Assembly: GCA_000432275.1 (NCBI GenBank) | Contig: HF995302.1 | Span: 8,589 to 72,588 of the forward strand | Length of the DNA stretch: 64,000 bases | Direction of reading: 5' to 3' | From: Proteobacteria bacterium CAG:495 | Lineage (GTDB): Bacteria > Pseudomonadota > Alphaproteobacteria > RF32 > CAG-239 | Part shown: one piece after another, positions 46,083-54,679 of the stretch | Position numbering within the stretch: position 1 is the first letter of the stretch | Layout: each line of letters starts with the position of its first letter | Notes under the pieces: model-generated | What the model was told of the DNA's origin: nothing | The model's database searches: none | The model's input: the letters and a program-made list of their open reading frames with translations, nothing else | Program-made: the position numbers and the translations under genes

Positions 46083-46159
46083 TGGCGACCCCGAGAAGAT
46101 TCGAACTTCTGACCCACAGCTTAGAAGGCTGTTGCTCTATCCAGCTGAGCTACGGGGCC
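46083..46159 (-). tRNA. tRNA-Arg (anticodon TCT), CCA encoded
   Basis: The reverse complement GGCCCCGTAGCTCAGCTGGATAGAGCAACAGCCTTCTAAGCTGTGGGTCAGAAGTTCGAATCTTCTCGGGGTCGCCA folds as a 77-nt cloverleaf with anticodon loop CTTCTAA. Confidence 0.9.
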
Positions 46160-46179
46160 TTGGATAAACAGTCAATAAT

Positions 46180-46256
46180 TGGTCGGGACAGCTGGATTCG
46201 AACCAGTGACATCTTGCTCCCAAAGCAAGCGCTCTACCAGGCTGAGCTATGTCCCG
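46180..46256 (-). tRNA. tRNA-Pro (anticodon TGG), CCA encoded
   Basis: The reverse complement CGGGACATAGCTCAGCCTGGTAGAGCGCTTGCTTTGGGAGCAAGATGTCACTGGTTCGAATCCAGCTGTCCCGACCA folds as a 77-nt cloverleaf with anticodon loop TTTGGGA. There is one A:C mismatch at the base of the T stem. Confidence 0.85.
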
Positions 46257-46481
46257 CAAAACTCAAAGAAACCTAGACCGACAACGGATTCAAATTTAAA
46301 GTCGCAACTTCCGAGTCCTTAACAGAAGCTATAATTAGCAAATTTAATTTATTTTGCAAGTATTTTTTTGCGCCGAATGCCGATTTTAAGGCAAAACCGG
46401 CACTCATTTGTGGTTGCACAAATGCATTAAATCCTTGCATTGAAAACTCAACTCTATAATATAAACCAGAAATTTAATTCG

Positions 46482-47363
46482 ATGAGTATGAGAATGTTTG
46501 TTCAGCTTTTGATAAATACCCTGATTGTCGGTTCCGGCTATGGTCTGATTGCGATGGCTTTCCGCCTGATGTATTCGGTGTCTCCGTTTTTTAACCTGAC
46601 ATTGGGAACCGTTGCGGCGGCAGGGGCCTATGCCGTTTTTTATCTGACATCTTCTGCGGGATTGGCGCCGTGGTGGGCGGTTTTGCTGGCTTTGGCCATA
46701 TCTGGGACATTTGCCTGGGTGCTGGAGGCTTATGCCTATCGTCCGATGCGCCGGCGGGGAGCCTCGCCGATGATACTTCTGGTGGCTTCATTGGGGTTTT
46801 ACACGATTTTCGAAGCGGTCATCCATTTGCTTTTCGGACCTCAGTACCAAACTTTGGGGACCATAGATTTTTCTTCCCAGATAGATGTCTGGTTTGCCGA
46901 AATTCCCTTTGTCCAGGTCCTGACGATTGTCTCCAACGCATTAATTTACATCGGTTTGAACCATCTATTGTATCATACTTTTCTCGGCAAGCAAATCCGC
47001 GCCGTTAATGACAGTGCGACCCTGGCTCACATTCTGGGAATGAACAATGAGCGGATTATTTTGATTGTATCGGTTTTGTCCGGCCTGATTTTGGGATTAG
47101 CCGGAATTCTGGTGGGATATGACACGGGAATGGAGCCGGCTATGGGCTTCAGCCTGTTGTTCAAGGGAATGATAGGTGCCATCATCGGCGGTATGGCTAC
47201 CATGCGAGGCGCTTTTCTGGGCTCGTTTTTTCTGGCGTTTGTCGAAAATCTGGGCGTTTGGGCTTTTGCCTCCGAGTGGCGTGACGTCGTCGCTTTTGTC
47301 ATCTTTATCGTCTTCCTGTATTTCCGCCCCAAAGGCATTTTCCAAAAGAAGGTGAAAAAATAA
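46482..47363 (+). CDS. livH: branched-chain amino acid ABC transporter permease (LivH-type)
   Basis: FVQLLINTLIVGSGYGLIAMAF.. and the multi-pass layout fit LivH. The track start 46440 is a TTG; ATGs lie at 46482 and 46494. Confidence 0.8.
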   Translation: MSMRMFVQLLINTLIVGSGYGLIAMAFRLMYSVSPFFNLTLGTVAAAGAYAVFYLTSSAGLAPWWAVLLALAISGTFAWVLEAYAYRPMRRRGASPMILLVASLGFYTIFEAVIHLLFGPQYQTLGTIDFSSQIDVWFAEIPFVQVLTIVSNALIYIGLNHLLYHTFLGKQIRAVNDSATLAHILGMNNERIILIVSVLSGLILGLAGILVGYDTGMEPAMGFSLLFKGMIGAIIGGMATMRGAFLGSFFLAFVENLGVWAFASEWRDVVAFVIFIVFLYFRPKGIFQKKVKK

Positions 47364-47374
47364 GAGGTTAAAAA

Positions 47375-48241
47375 ATGGAATACCTGATTAATCTGGCAAT
47401 ACTGTTTTGTATCTACGGCACTTTGGCTTTGTCGCTGAATATGGTCGTCGGAATGGCCGGACTTCTTTCCCTTGCCCAAGCCGCTTTTTACGGCATCGGC
47501 GCATATGCCGCCGCGATTGGTATGACCGAGCTGGGGCTGGGCTTTTTCTCGACGCTGCTTTTGGGAATGCTTGCAAACGGCATTCTGGCTTTTGTTGTCG
47601 GAAAAATCCTTTCCCGCTTTCAGGGAGACTACTATGCCATTGTTTCCGCCGGATTGTCTGTTATCGTCTTTTCCGTTTTGCTCAATTGGAAAGACCTTAC
47701 CAACGGGCCTCTCGGTATTTTCGGCATTCCCAAGCCGGAAATTGGGAGTTTTCGCCTGGTTTCAAACTTTTCCTATCTCGTTTTGTGTCTGGCAGCGGTT
47801 GCCTTGAGCTGCGGAATATATGTGTTGTTTGACCGCTCGTCTTTCGGACGCACCCTTAAGGCTCTGCGCGAAGACGAACAGCTGACCCGCCTGCAGGGGT
47901 ACAACACCAAACATTTTAAAAGTATTGTTTTTGTCGTGTCGGCAATGATGTCGGGTATTGCCGGAGCAATGTTTGCCAGCTATATTTCTTTCATTGACCC
48001 CAGCACCTTCCAGCTCAAAGAAGGGATTTTTCTTTTCACGATTATCATTGTCGGCGGTTTGTCTTCGGCCAAAGGAAGCATTGCCGGTGCGCTGATATTG
48101 ATTTCCTTGCCGGAAGTTTTGCGTTTCATAGGGCTGCCCTACGAGACGGCGGCTCAGCTGCAGCAGATAATCTATGGAGCGCTGTTGGTGCTGATGATGA
48201 TTTTGAGACCTCAGGGGCTGTTCGGAAAGTACAGGATGTAA
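47375..48241 (+). CDS. livM: branched-chain amino acid ABC transporter permease (LivM-type)
   Basis: 288 aa; GMAGLLSLAQAAFYGIGAY.. and GGLSSAKGSIAGA. Confidence 0.8.
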   Translation: MEYLINLAILFCIYGTLALSLNMVVGMAGLLSLAQAAFYGIGAYAAAIGMTELGLGFFSTLLLGMLANGILAFVVGKILSRFQGDYYAIVSAGLSVIVFSVLLNWKDLTNGPLGIFGIPKPEIGSFRLVSNFSYLVLCLAAVALSCGIYVLFDRSSFGRTLKALREDEQLTRLQGYNTKHFKSIVFVVSAMMSGIAGAMFASYISFIDPSTFQLKEGIFLFTIIIVGGLSSAKGSIAGALILISLPEVLRFIGLPYETAAQLQQIIYGALLVLMMILRPQGLFGKYRM

Positions 48242-48247
48242 AACGCT

Positions 48248-48982
48248 ATGGATTATGCTATTAAAATCGAAAATTTGACCAAGCAGTTTATGGGATTAAA
48301 AGCGCTCGACGACTTGTCGCTGGAGTTTCCCTCCGGGCAGACGACCGGTCTGATTGGCCCCAACGGTTCGGGCAAAACGACGTTAATGAACGTTCTCACC
48401 GGTATGCTTGTACCGGAAAACGGAATGATAGAAATTAACGAACGGCGCTTTCGCAAAATCAAGCCCAATACGCTGCGGCGCCTTAAAATTGCCCGCACGT
48501 TCCAAGACGGCCGCCTTATAGAACAGCTTTCCGTTGAAGACAACCTGCTGCTGCCGGTTGCCGAAAACCGTTATTGGCACAGTTTGTTTGAGCAGCATAT
48601 CGAACGTTATCGTGAACGTCTGGAAAACGTTTTGCAAACCGTTCGGCTGGCCGATTATAGATATAAAAATGCCGAAGGGCTTTCTTACGGCCAGCGTAAG
48701 CTGTTGGAAATCGGCAGGGCGCTGATGCAAAACGCCGATATCTATTTTTTTGACGAACCTTTTACCGGATTGTTTCCCGAGACGGTTCAGGATATCGTGA
48801 ATATCCTGCGCGAACTCAAACAAAAAGGCAAAACCCTGATTGTGATTGAACATAATATGAACTTGATTGAACAACTTTGCGACTACACTGTCGTGCTTGA
48901 TTCCGGGCGGTTGCTGGCAAAGGGAATACCCGCGGAAGTTCTTGCCGACGAGAAAGTCCGCGAAGCTTATTTGGGAAAGTGA
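48248..48982 (+). CDS. livG: ABC transporter ATP-binding protein (LivG-type)
   Basis: Walker A GPNGSGKTT, signature LSYGQRKLLEIGRAL, Walker B IYFFDEP. Confidence 0.85.
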   Translation: MDYAIKIENLTKQFMGLKALDDLSLEFPSGQTTGLIGPNGSGKTTLMNVLTGMLVPENGMIEINERRFRKIKPNTLRRLKIARTFQDGRLIEQLSVEDNLLLPVAENRYWHSLFEQHIERYRERLENVLQTVRLADYRYKNAEGLSYGQRKLLEIGRALMQNADIYFFDEPFTGLFPETVQDIVNILRELKQKGKTLIVIEHNMNLIEQLCDYTVVLDSGRLLAKGIPAEVLADEKVREAYLGK

Positions 48983-48983
48983 T

Positions 48984-50087
48984 ATGAAAAGCAAATTAAT
49001 CGCCGCCGTCATATTGGCAATTATAATAGCGGCTTTTGCGGCAAGTCGTTTTATCTCCTTCAAACAGCAGAAACCGGTGGAAACCGTTGCTCCCAAACCG
49101 CAGGTGACAATCGGCATCATTTTGCCGTTGAGCGGACGGGAAGGCGCCGTCGGCAAAGGGTTGCAGGCTGCGGCTCGCCTGGCTATCGATGATTTGCCCA
49201 AACATCGTCTGAAAAACGAATATAACTTTATCTTCAAAGACGATGAATTTGAGCCCAAAAATACGATTGCCGCGTTTACCCGGCTCCAGCATGCCGACCG
49301 CGCAAACGCCGTCATTACCTATTCGGCGCAGAGCGGCAGCGTCATCAACACGCTGGCCGAGAACGGAAAAATCATCCAGTTTAACGTTGGCAGCGCCGAA
49401 CCGGCCGTCGCCAAGGGGCGTTATAACTTTGTCCACTGGACACACCCAGATGAAAGTACACGGGAAATCCTCGACCATTTCCGTCGTAACGGTTTTCAGA
49501 AAGTTGCCGTCATTACGCCAAAAATTTCGGAAGCTTTGGCGGCAGAGAACGCTTTTCGCCAGAATTTGCCCCGTTATCCGGAAATCACGGCCAAATACTA
49601 TCGTGCCAAGCCGCAGGAAAAAGATTTTCGGATGCTGTTGAGTTTTATCCGCAACTATGAGCCGGATGTCATTTTGGCATTGGTGTCGACCTCTCGGGCC
49701 AGCGATATCATTTTCCAGTATCGTGCGTCCAAACTGCCGTATCCGCTGACCAATGTGGCCAGCTTTGGGCGGCTGGACACCTTTGCCGGAGGTGAAGATA
49801 TGTTTTTCAGCGACGTTGCGCCTGCGCGTCAGGAACTGATAAAGCGTATGCAGAGCTCTCAGCCGGACATCAGCACTTTCGGCGCCGGAAATATTTATGA
49901 TGCGGTAATGCTGCTGGTTGAAGCGTTTGAAGACGCGCCGACGCCGCAGCAGGCTGTCGGTGCTTTGGAAGCGCAGCGTTATTACGAGGGAATGGCCGGC
50001 CGTGCGGAACAGGATGCCGAAGGCGTTTTTCACGCCCCGTCGGTTTTGAAACAAATTAAAAACGGCCGCGCCGAAATCGAAAAATAA
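48984..50087 (+). CDS. ABC transporter substrate-binding protein (type-1 periplasmic binding fold, Leu/Ile/Val-binding-like)
   Basis: ATG at 48984 (MKSKLIAAVILAIIIAAFAASRF, an N-terminal anchor/signal). VTIGIILPLSGREGAVGKGLQAAARLAIDD. The track start 48867 lies inside livG. Confidence 0.75.
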   Translation: MKSKLIAAVILAIIIAAFAASRFISFKQQKPVETVAPKPQVTIGIILPLSGREGAVGKGLQAAARLAIDDLPKHRLKNEYNFIFKDDEFEPKNTIAAFTRLQHADRANAVITYSAQSGSVINTLAENGKIIQFNVGSAEPAVAKGRYNFVHWTHPDESTREILDHFRRNGFQKVAVITPKISEALAAENAFRQNLPRYPEITAKYYRAKPQEKDFRMLLSFIRNYEPDVILALVSTSRASDIIFQYRASKLPYPLTNVASFGRLDTFAGGEDMFFSDVAPARQELIKRMQSSQPDISTFGAGNIYDAVMLLVEAFEDAPTPQQAVGALEAQRYYEGMAGRAEQDAEGVFHAPSVLKQIKNGRAEIEK

Positions 50088-50110
50088 CCGGACGGACAGG
50101 GGAGAGACTT

Positions 50111-50827
50111 ATGCTGGAGTTAAGAAATATTGATGCCGGATATAACAGGCGCCTGGTTCTGAAAGACGTCTCGGTTAAAATCGACACCTCTGCGGTTACC
50201 GTAATTATGGGGCCGAACGGAGCCGGCAAGTCGACTTTGCTCAAGGTTATGTACGGCCTTATCAGGCCGGTGTCCGGCGGAATTTATTTTAATGACGTCG
50301 AAATTCGGCCGCAGCCGGCGGAACTGGTTAAAAAAGGCGTTTTTATGATTCCTCAGGGAAAGCGGGTTTTTCGTAATATGACGGTGTTGGAAAATATTGA
50401 ACTGGCCGCACATTTTTGGCCTAAACGTTTTGCTTTTCACAATCGTCTTGAAGAAATTTTAATTCATTTTCCCGATTTGAAACCGCGTTTGGATGATTTG
50501 GCCGGCAATCTTTCCGGCGGACAACAGCAGATGGTGGCTATTGCCCGCGGGCTTATAAACCAGCCCCGGCTTTTGCTTCTGGATGAACCGTCAATCGGTT
50601 TGTCTCCCAAGCTTACAGCAGATATGTTTAATAAAATCAAAGAGCTCAATACCGGCCTCGGCACCGGTTTTGTCATTGTGGAACATAATCTTAAGACTTT
50701 GTTACCGCTTACTGATTATGCTTATATTCTGGATCAGGGGCAGGTTGTCTATGAAGGCTCGTCCCGTTCCAAGGCTTTGGATAAAATGACGGCAAGCATT
50801 TTTGAAAAGAAAGTTACCTGCGCATGA
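50111..50827 (+). CDS. livF: ABC transporter ATP-binding protein (LivF-type)
   Basis: Walker A GPNGAGKST, signature LSGGQQQMVAIARGL, Walker B LLLLDEPS. Confidence 0.85.
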   Translation: MLELRNIDAGYNRRLVLKDVSVKIDTSAVTVIMGPNGAGKSTLLKVMYGLIRPVSGGIYFNDVEIRPQPAELVKKGVFMIPQGKRVFRNMTVLENIELAAHFWPKRFAFHNRLEEILIHFPDLKPRLDDLAGNLSGGQQQMVAIARGLINQPRLLLLDEPSIGLSPKLTADMFNKIKELNTGLGTGFVIVEHNLKTLLPLTDYAYILDQGQVVYEGSSRSKALDKMTASIFEKKVTCA

Positions 50828-51138
50828 AAAAGTTTTCCCGCACGACTGAAGATTTTACCTGTGAGCATTGCGGTGCAAAAGTTCAGGGCAACGGCTATAC
50901 AAATCATTGTCCGCACTGCTTATATTCTAAACATGTCGACGTCAACCCCGGAGATCGCGCGGCAGAATGCGGCGGTTTGATGGAACCGGCTGACCTCGAA
51001 TACAAAGACGGGCGCTACATCATTGTTCATCGTTGCGTCAAATGCGGTTTTGTTCGTAAAAACAAAGTCGTCGATGCTGATGATTTTGATGCCGTACTTG
51101 AACTTTCGCGCCAAAAAACCGAACGTTTGAAGTTTTAG
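50824..51138 (+). CDS. RNHCP domain zinc-ribbon protein
   Basis: 104 aa; FTCEHCGAKVQGNGYTNHCPHCLYSKHVD...GDRAAECGGLMEP. The ATG overlaps the livF TGA (ATGA). Confidence 0.7.
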   Translation: MKKFSRTTEDFTCEHCGAKVQGNGYTNHCPHCLYSKHVDVNPGDRAAECGGLMEPADLEYKDGRYIIVHRCVKCGFVRKNKVVDADDFDAVLELSRQKTERLKF

Positions 51139-51157
51139 AACAGAGCAGGAGTTTCTG

Positions 51158-52129
51158 ATGAATTACGTAATGTTGGCACTGGCCGGAATCCTTTCCGGCG
51201 GGATAGTTTTCGGCGCTAAAATTCTTTTTATGTCTGGTGCCACCTTGTTTGAGGTTATGTTGTTTCCCAATCTGATTGGTGCAGCATTGTTTACGCCGTT
51301 TGTGGTCAAGGAGTTTAAACGCTTTATCGGCGTTCCTCCTGTCATAACGCTGTTGTTTACGCTTTCGGTGCTTTTGGTGAATGTGGGTGATTATGTTCCC
51401 TTGTTTATGAACGTATCAGTAACGTTGGTGCTGTTGTTGGTTTATTTGCAGCCGATATGGACGATTATGATTGAGCGCTTTTATTTTAAAAAACATATTG
51501 CAGCGGCAGACTGGGTTATGGTTGCGGTTATGTTTGCCGGTCTGATTATTCTCATCAATCCGTTTCAGGGCATACATTATTCGCTTGTGGGTATGAGTTT
51601 GGCCTTGTTCGCCGGGTTGGGAGAGTCGGTCTGGATATTGATAACCAAATATTTTTCAAAAAAAGGAATATCTCCGGCTTCGACATACTGGTGTACCTGT
51701 TTTTATGCCGTCGTGCCGCTGGCGGTGTTGTATTTGCTGGCTAACCGTTATATGCCCAGATATGAAGACGGTTTTACTTTGTTTTCTTTCGACATCGGAA
51801 CGAATTTGTGGATTTCGTTTTTGGTGTACAGCCTGTTGATTTATACGCCGGCCAATGTACTGGTGTTTTTCAATAATAAAAATGTTCCTGCCGGCATTAT
51901 CGGAATGATTTTGCTGTTGGAGCCGGTGACGGGCATTACCTTGGATATTGTCTTTTTACACAATCCTTTGACGTGGAACATCATTGTCGGCGGCGTCATT
52001 ATTCTTGCTGCCAATATCGTTTTGATATTGAAAAACAGCAGTATGGCCTGTCGTCGCCATACTGCTGCGTTCAAAATGCTTTCTGAGAAAAAAAGCTATT
52101 CTTCGTCGGCCTCGTCCATACGGGATTGA
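51158..52129 (+). CDS. EamA/DMT-family transporter
   Basis: 323 aa, about 10 TM segments in two similar halves. Confidence 0.6.
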   Translation: MNYVMLALAGILSGGIVFGAKILFMSGATLFEVMLFPNLIGAALFTPFVVKEFKRFIGVPPVITLLFTLSVLLVNVGDYVPLFMNVSVTLVLLLVYLQPIWTIMIERFYFKKHIAAADWVMVAVMFAGLIILINPFQGIHYSLVGMSLALFAGLGESVWILITKYFSKKGISPASTYWCTCFYAVVPLAVLYLLANRYMPRYEDGFTLFSFDIGTNLWISFLVYSLLIYTPANVLVFFNNKNVPAGIIGMILLLEPVTGITLDIVFLHNPLTWNIIVGGVIILAANIVLILKNSSMACRRHTAAFKMLSEKKSYSSSASSIRD

Positions 52130-52644
52130 CGGCGGTTGTTGCGCCCGCTTTTTGGTGAACTGCCGGAATTGCTGCGGCTGATGTTTATTTTCTTTTTCTT
52201 CTTTTGCTCATTCGGTGATTTGGGAATGGCGATTTTCAAAACCCCGTCGGCATATTCGGCGTCGGCGTTGTCAAATTGCAAATCCCAGGGCAGGGGAATG
52301 GTTCGCTTGACCATACCGTAAGAAATTTCTGAAAAATAGCTGCCTTTGCTGTTTTCCTCGTGTTCATGTCTTTTTTCGCCGGAAATTGTCAGATATCCGT
52401 CAGAAGAGATTTCAACATCGATGTCATTTTCGGCCACACCGGGCATTTCTGCAGTGACGGTCACTTCATTCTGGTTTTCCGAAACCTCGATTTTAGGCTC
52501 CATGTCAGCCATATCGCTGCTGTGGGGAAAATCCAGCATATTCCAAAAATGCGAAATCAAACTGCGCATATCGCCGTGTTGATTGTTGTTGTGAATCGGA
52601 ACGTTGCGTTCCTGTTCATCACGGGTCGTCATATGATTAGCCAT
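52096..52644 (-). CDS. Hsp20/alpha-crystallin family small heat-shock protein
   Basis: ATG at 52644 behind AAGGAG. The alpha-crystallin core is PKIEVSENQNEVTVTAEMPGV..DIDVEISSDGYLTISGEK...GVLKIAIPK. The tail is basic. Confidence 0.85.
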   Translation of the reverse strand: MANHMTTRDEQERNVPIHNNNQHGDMRSLISHFWNMLDFPHSSDMADMEPKIEVSENQNEVTVTAEMPGVAENDIDVEISSDGYLTISGEKRHEHEENSKGSYFSEISYGMVKRTIPLPWDLQFDNADAEYADGVLKIAIPKSPNEQKKKKKINISRSNSGSSPKSGRNNRRQSRMDEADEE

Positions 52645-52692
52645 CTTATATTCTCCTTTTTCCAAAATGATTGTTGTCTGAATTAAAAAGGC

Positions 52693-52944
52693 TTAGGCCT
52701 CATGTTCCAGTTCTTCCAATTTTGCTTTGGCCTTTTCAATTTCTTTTGCATTGCTTAGGCCGTTGCCCGCACGATTCATATAAAACACCAGCCGGCGCAA
52801 CGCCAGAGCAGGGTCGTTGTGCGCTCCTTTCATCAGAACTTTTACTATTTCTGGCGCTTTTTGGGTAAAAGTTCCCGCGGGGGCGTGCCATTTCAGATGT
52901 TCGTCGGCCTCCTCGGACCAATAGGGATTTTCATCTTCAAGCAT
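52693..52944 (-). CDS. DUF3175-like protein (83 aa)
   Basis: ..FTQKAPEIVKVLMKGA...ALRRLVFYMNRAGNGLS..KEIEKAKAKL resembles DUF3175, as recalled from memory. Confidence 0.55.
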   Translation of the reverse strand: MLEDENPYWSEEADEHLKWHAPAGTFTQKAPEIVKVLMKGAHNDPALALRRLVFYMNRAGNGLSNAKEIEKAKAKLEELEHEA

Positions 52945-53012
52945 AAGCGTCTCCTTTGTTAAACACCTTTAAAATAAGCACGGCTCTATACGGATTAAAT
53001 AAGCATAAAGGA

Positions 53013-53041
53013 TAAAAAATCCCGGGCACTGGGCCCGGGAC
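53013..53041 (-). terminator. intrinsic terminator after the third Cys-rich reading frame
   Basis: Minus strand: TCCCGGGC-5 nt loop-GCCCGGGA (8 bp, GC-rich) followed by T6. It lies 19 nt after the TAA at 53060-53062. Confidence 0.7.
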
Positions 53042-53059
53042 TGAGACTGAACGTTTTTG

Positions 53060-53575
53060 TTAACGGGAGCACGTTAACCCGTCTACCTTTCCGTCGAACG
53101 GATTAGGATACAAGCTGCAACAGGTATCGTAACATCTTCCCGTATAAATGTTGCAGGGAGAACAGTTTTTATAACATTTGTAACACGTCAGCCCATGGAA
53201 GTTTTCTCGGTAGCAGGTCAGATAATCAGATGATGCGTCAACAGTAGAACTGTAACCGCCATCCTGACAGGTCCATGCGCGACATTTATAACAAGTGCCG
53301 GATCTTTCACCGCAAGAACAGACTTTAGAGGTTGTTCCTATGTTTTTCTGCGATGACGGGCAGGATGATTCCTGGTACCCGCTAGGACAGCTATAGCTGT
53401 GGGTATGCGCCGGGGCTTTGTAACAGGTTCCCGAAGCAGCACCGCAATTATACAGACTGTTTAAGGATGATATTTATCTTATTGGAACTGTCGCTTAGTT
53501 TAGAAAAGTGATATGTTTCATTTTATAAAACAGGAGCAGCCAAATAACAGCTCCTGTTTTTTTGTGGTGCGTCAT
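53060..53575 (-). pseudogene. third member of the Cys-rich secreted family, interrupted by two in-frame TAA codons
   Basis: One frame reads MTHHKKTGAVIWLLLFYKMKHITFLN*ATVPIR*ISSLNSLYNCGAASGTCYK... (18 Cys, ..LTCYKCYKNC..) through to TAA at 53060. The stops are at 53497-53495 and 53476-53474. No ATG/GTG/TTG follows them, which is why the ORF track misses it. Confidence 0.5.
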
Positions 53576-53582
53576 ATGTAAT

Positions 53583-54668
53583 TTAAAAATTTATGACAGG
53601 AAAGTAAACAACAGGAGTATACCCTGTATTGCTTAAAGTAATATCCGTCAGGCTGTAACTGCATGGATCTTGTTCATGATCGGATGTGTTGCATGAATTG
53701 CTAAGTTTTATACCGCTGATATGCTCTCCCTGTACGGTGCTTGATATGAGAGGTGTAGTATTATAATCTGCGTGGTATGTTATGTTAAGCTTACGATAAC
53801 TGTTTAATACCATATTAAAGTTCATTCCGATGAGTTTAAGCTCCGATTGGGAGGGAATAAACCAATCTCCGGCATTAGTGCCGGCTGTTTTATATTCCAG
53901 AACATCCGTATAAGGATTCTCCCTCAAATTGGAGGTAATTTCTTTAACTCTATTACTGGCAGCATAAAACACGCTTCGAATCTGATTTAAGTCATTAAGT
54001 TGAAGCTGTTTAGCCCGGCTCTGAATATCGTCTTCCGAACAGCCGATGCAGCTTCTTCGGACTTCATCCAAATAAGTGTCCAAACCGTTTTGTATGGCAG
54101 CGGTCAATGGCGCAATAAAGTCATCGAGTTCGGCAGTTATCTCTGTTGTATAGTTTGATAGAGACAGGGCCAGCTTTTGGGTATTTTTTTTGCCGTCCTC
54201 ATCTGTTTTAAGTTTGTTATAAGGTAAATACAAAGTAAAGCTCATCGGCAGTTTTTGCGTGAGAGTATGACCCGAAGCACTGGCAGGGGTAAAATAAAAC
54301 ATTTTCTGTAAGTAATCGCCCGTATATAGTACAGATCCTTTTGACGATAAGGCCAACGCCAGTTTTTGATTAGAATCAAAGACAATTCCAATCGGCGTCT
54401 TGCCTGTTACCGGGTTGGATGACGTTGTCATGTCCGAAAACAAAATGTCGCCGATGGCAATCTGTGCCATATATTTTTTTGAGCAAAAAACTTTGGTGTC
54501 GTCGAAGGGACAGCGTAAAATATCCAATCCCGCGCACATTGCCGCAGTTTTGTTGTATCCGAGATTTTCGCAGGAAGGCGGGGTGACACAGGTCTGAGCG
54601 AGAGTTTGAGACGTAAGCGCCGCTGCGGCGAATACCGCGGCAAGCAAAAGAGTCGGTAGTCTATTCAT
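53583..54668 (-). CDS. secreted protein (361 aa) with a Cys-knot-like N-terminal module; co-operonic with the Cys-rich gene upstream
   Basis: Signal peptide MNRLPTLLLAAVFAAAALTSQTLA, then QTCVTPPSCENLGYNKTAAMCAGLDILRCPFDDTKVFC. An AGGAG SD lies 7 nt before the ATG, and the gap to the upstream stop is only 11 nt. Confidence 0.65.
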   Translation of the reverse strand: MNRLPTLLLAAVFAAAALTSQTLAQTCVTPPSCENLGYNKTAAMCAGLDILRCPFDDTKVFCSKKYMAQIAIGDILFSDMTTSSNPVTGKTPIGIVFDSNQKLALALSSKGSVLYTGDYLQKMFYFTPASASGHTLTQKLPMSFTLYLPYNKLKTDEDGKKNTQKLALSLSNYTTEITAELDDFIAPLTAAIQNGLDTYLDEVRRSCIGCSEDDIQSRAKQLQLNDLNQIRSVFYAASNRVKEITSNLRENPYTDVLEYKTAGTNAGDWFIPSQSELKLIGMNFNMVLNSYRKLNITYHADYNTTPLISSTVQGEHISGIKLSNSCNTSDHEQDPCSYSLTDITLSNTGYTPVVYFPVINF

Positions 54669-54679
54669 TACAAGTCTCC

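Noticed and set aside
45989-46276. 95-aa + strand ORF from the track
   Set aside because: It is entirely explained by two minus-strand tRNA genes (Arg-TCT and Pro-TGG) with good cloverleaves. The ORF is a by-product.
48383-50054. Two long antisense ORFs (310 and 352 aa) opposite livG and the substrate-binding gene. Similar cases occur at 11893-13002 opposite motAB, 8622-9260 opposite yqgE, 34640-35200 opposite dut, and 41262-41876 opposite map.
   Set aside because: In every case the sense-strand product carries unmistakable family motifs. The antisense translations are low-complexity (Arg/Gly/Phe-rich) and lack SD sequences, as expected for shadow ORFs in codon-biased genes.
53529-53567. Hairpin ACAGGAGC-12 nt loop-GCTCCTGT read as the terminator of the 361-aa secreted-protein gene
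   Set aside because: Not fully rejected. The same bases also encode the hydrophobic N-terminal stretch of the downstream Cys-rich frame, and the U-tract on the minus strand is weak (TTTTATAAAA). I therefore did not list it as a terminator feature.
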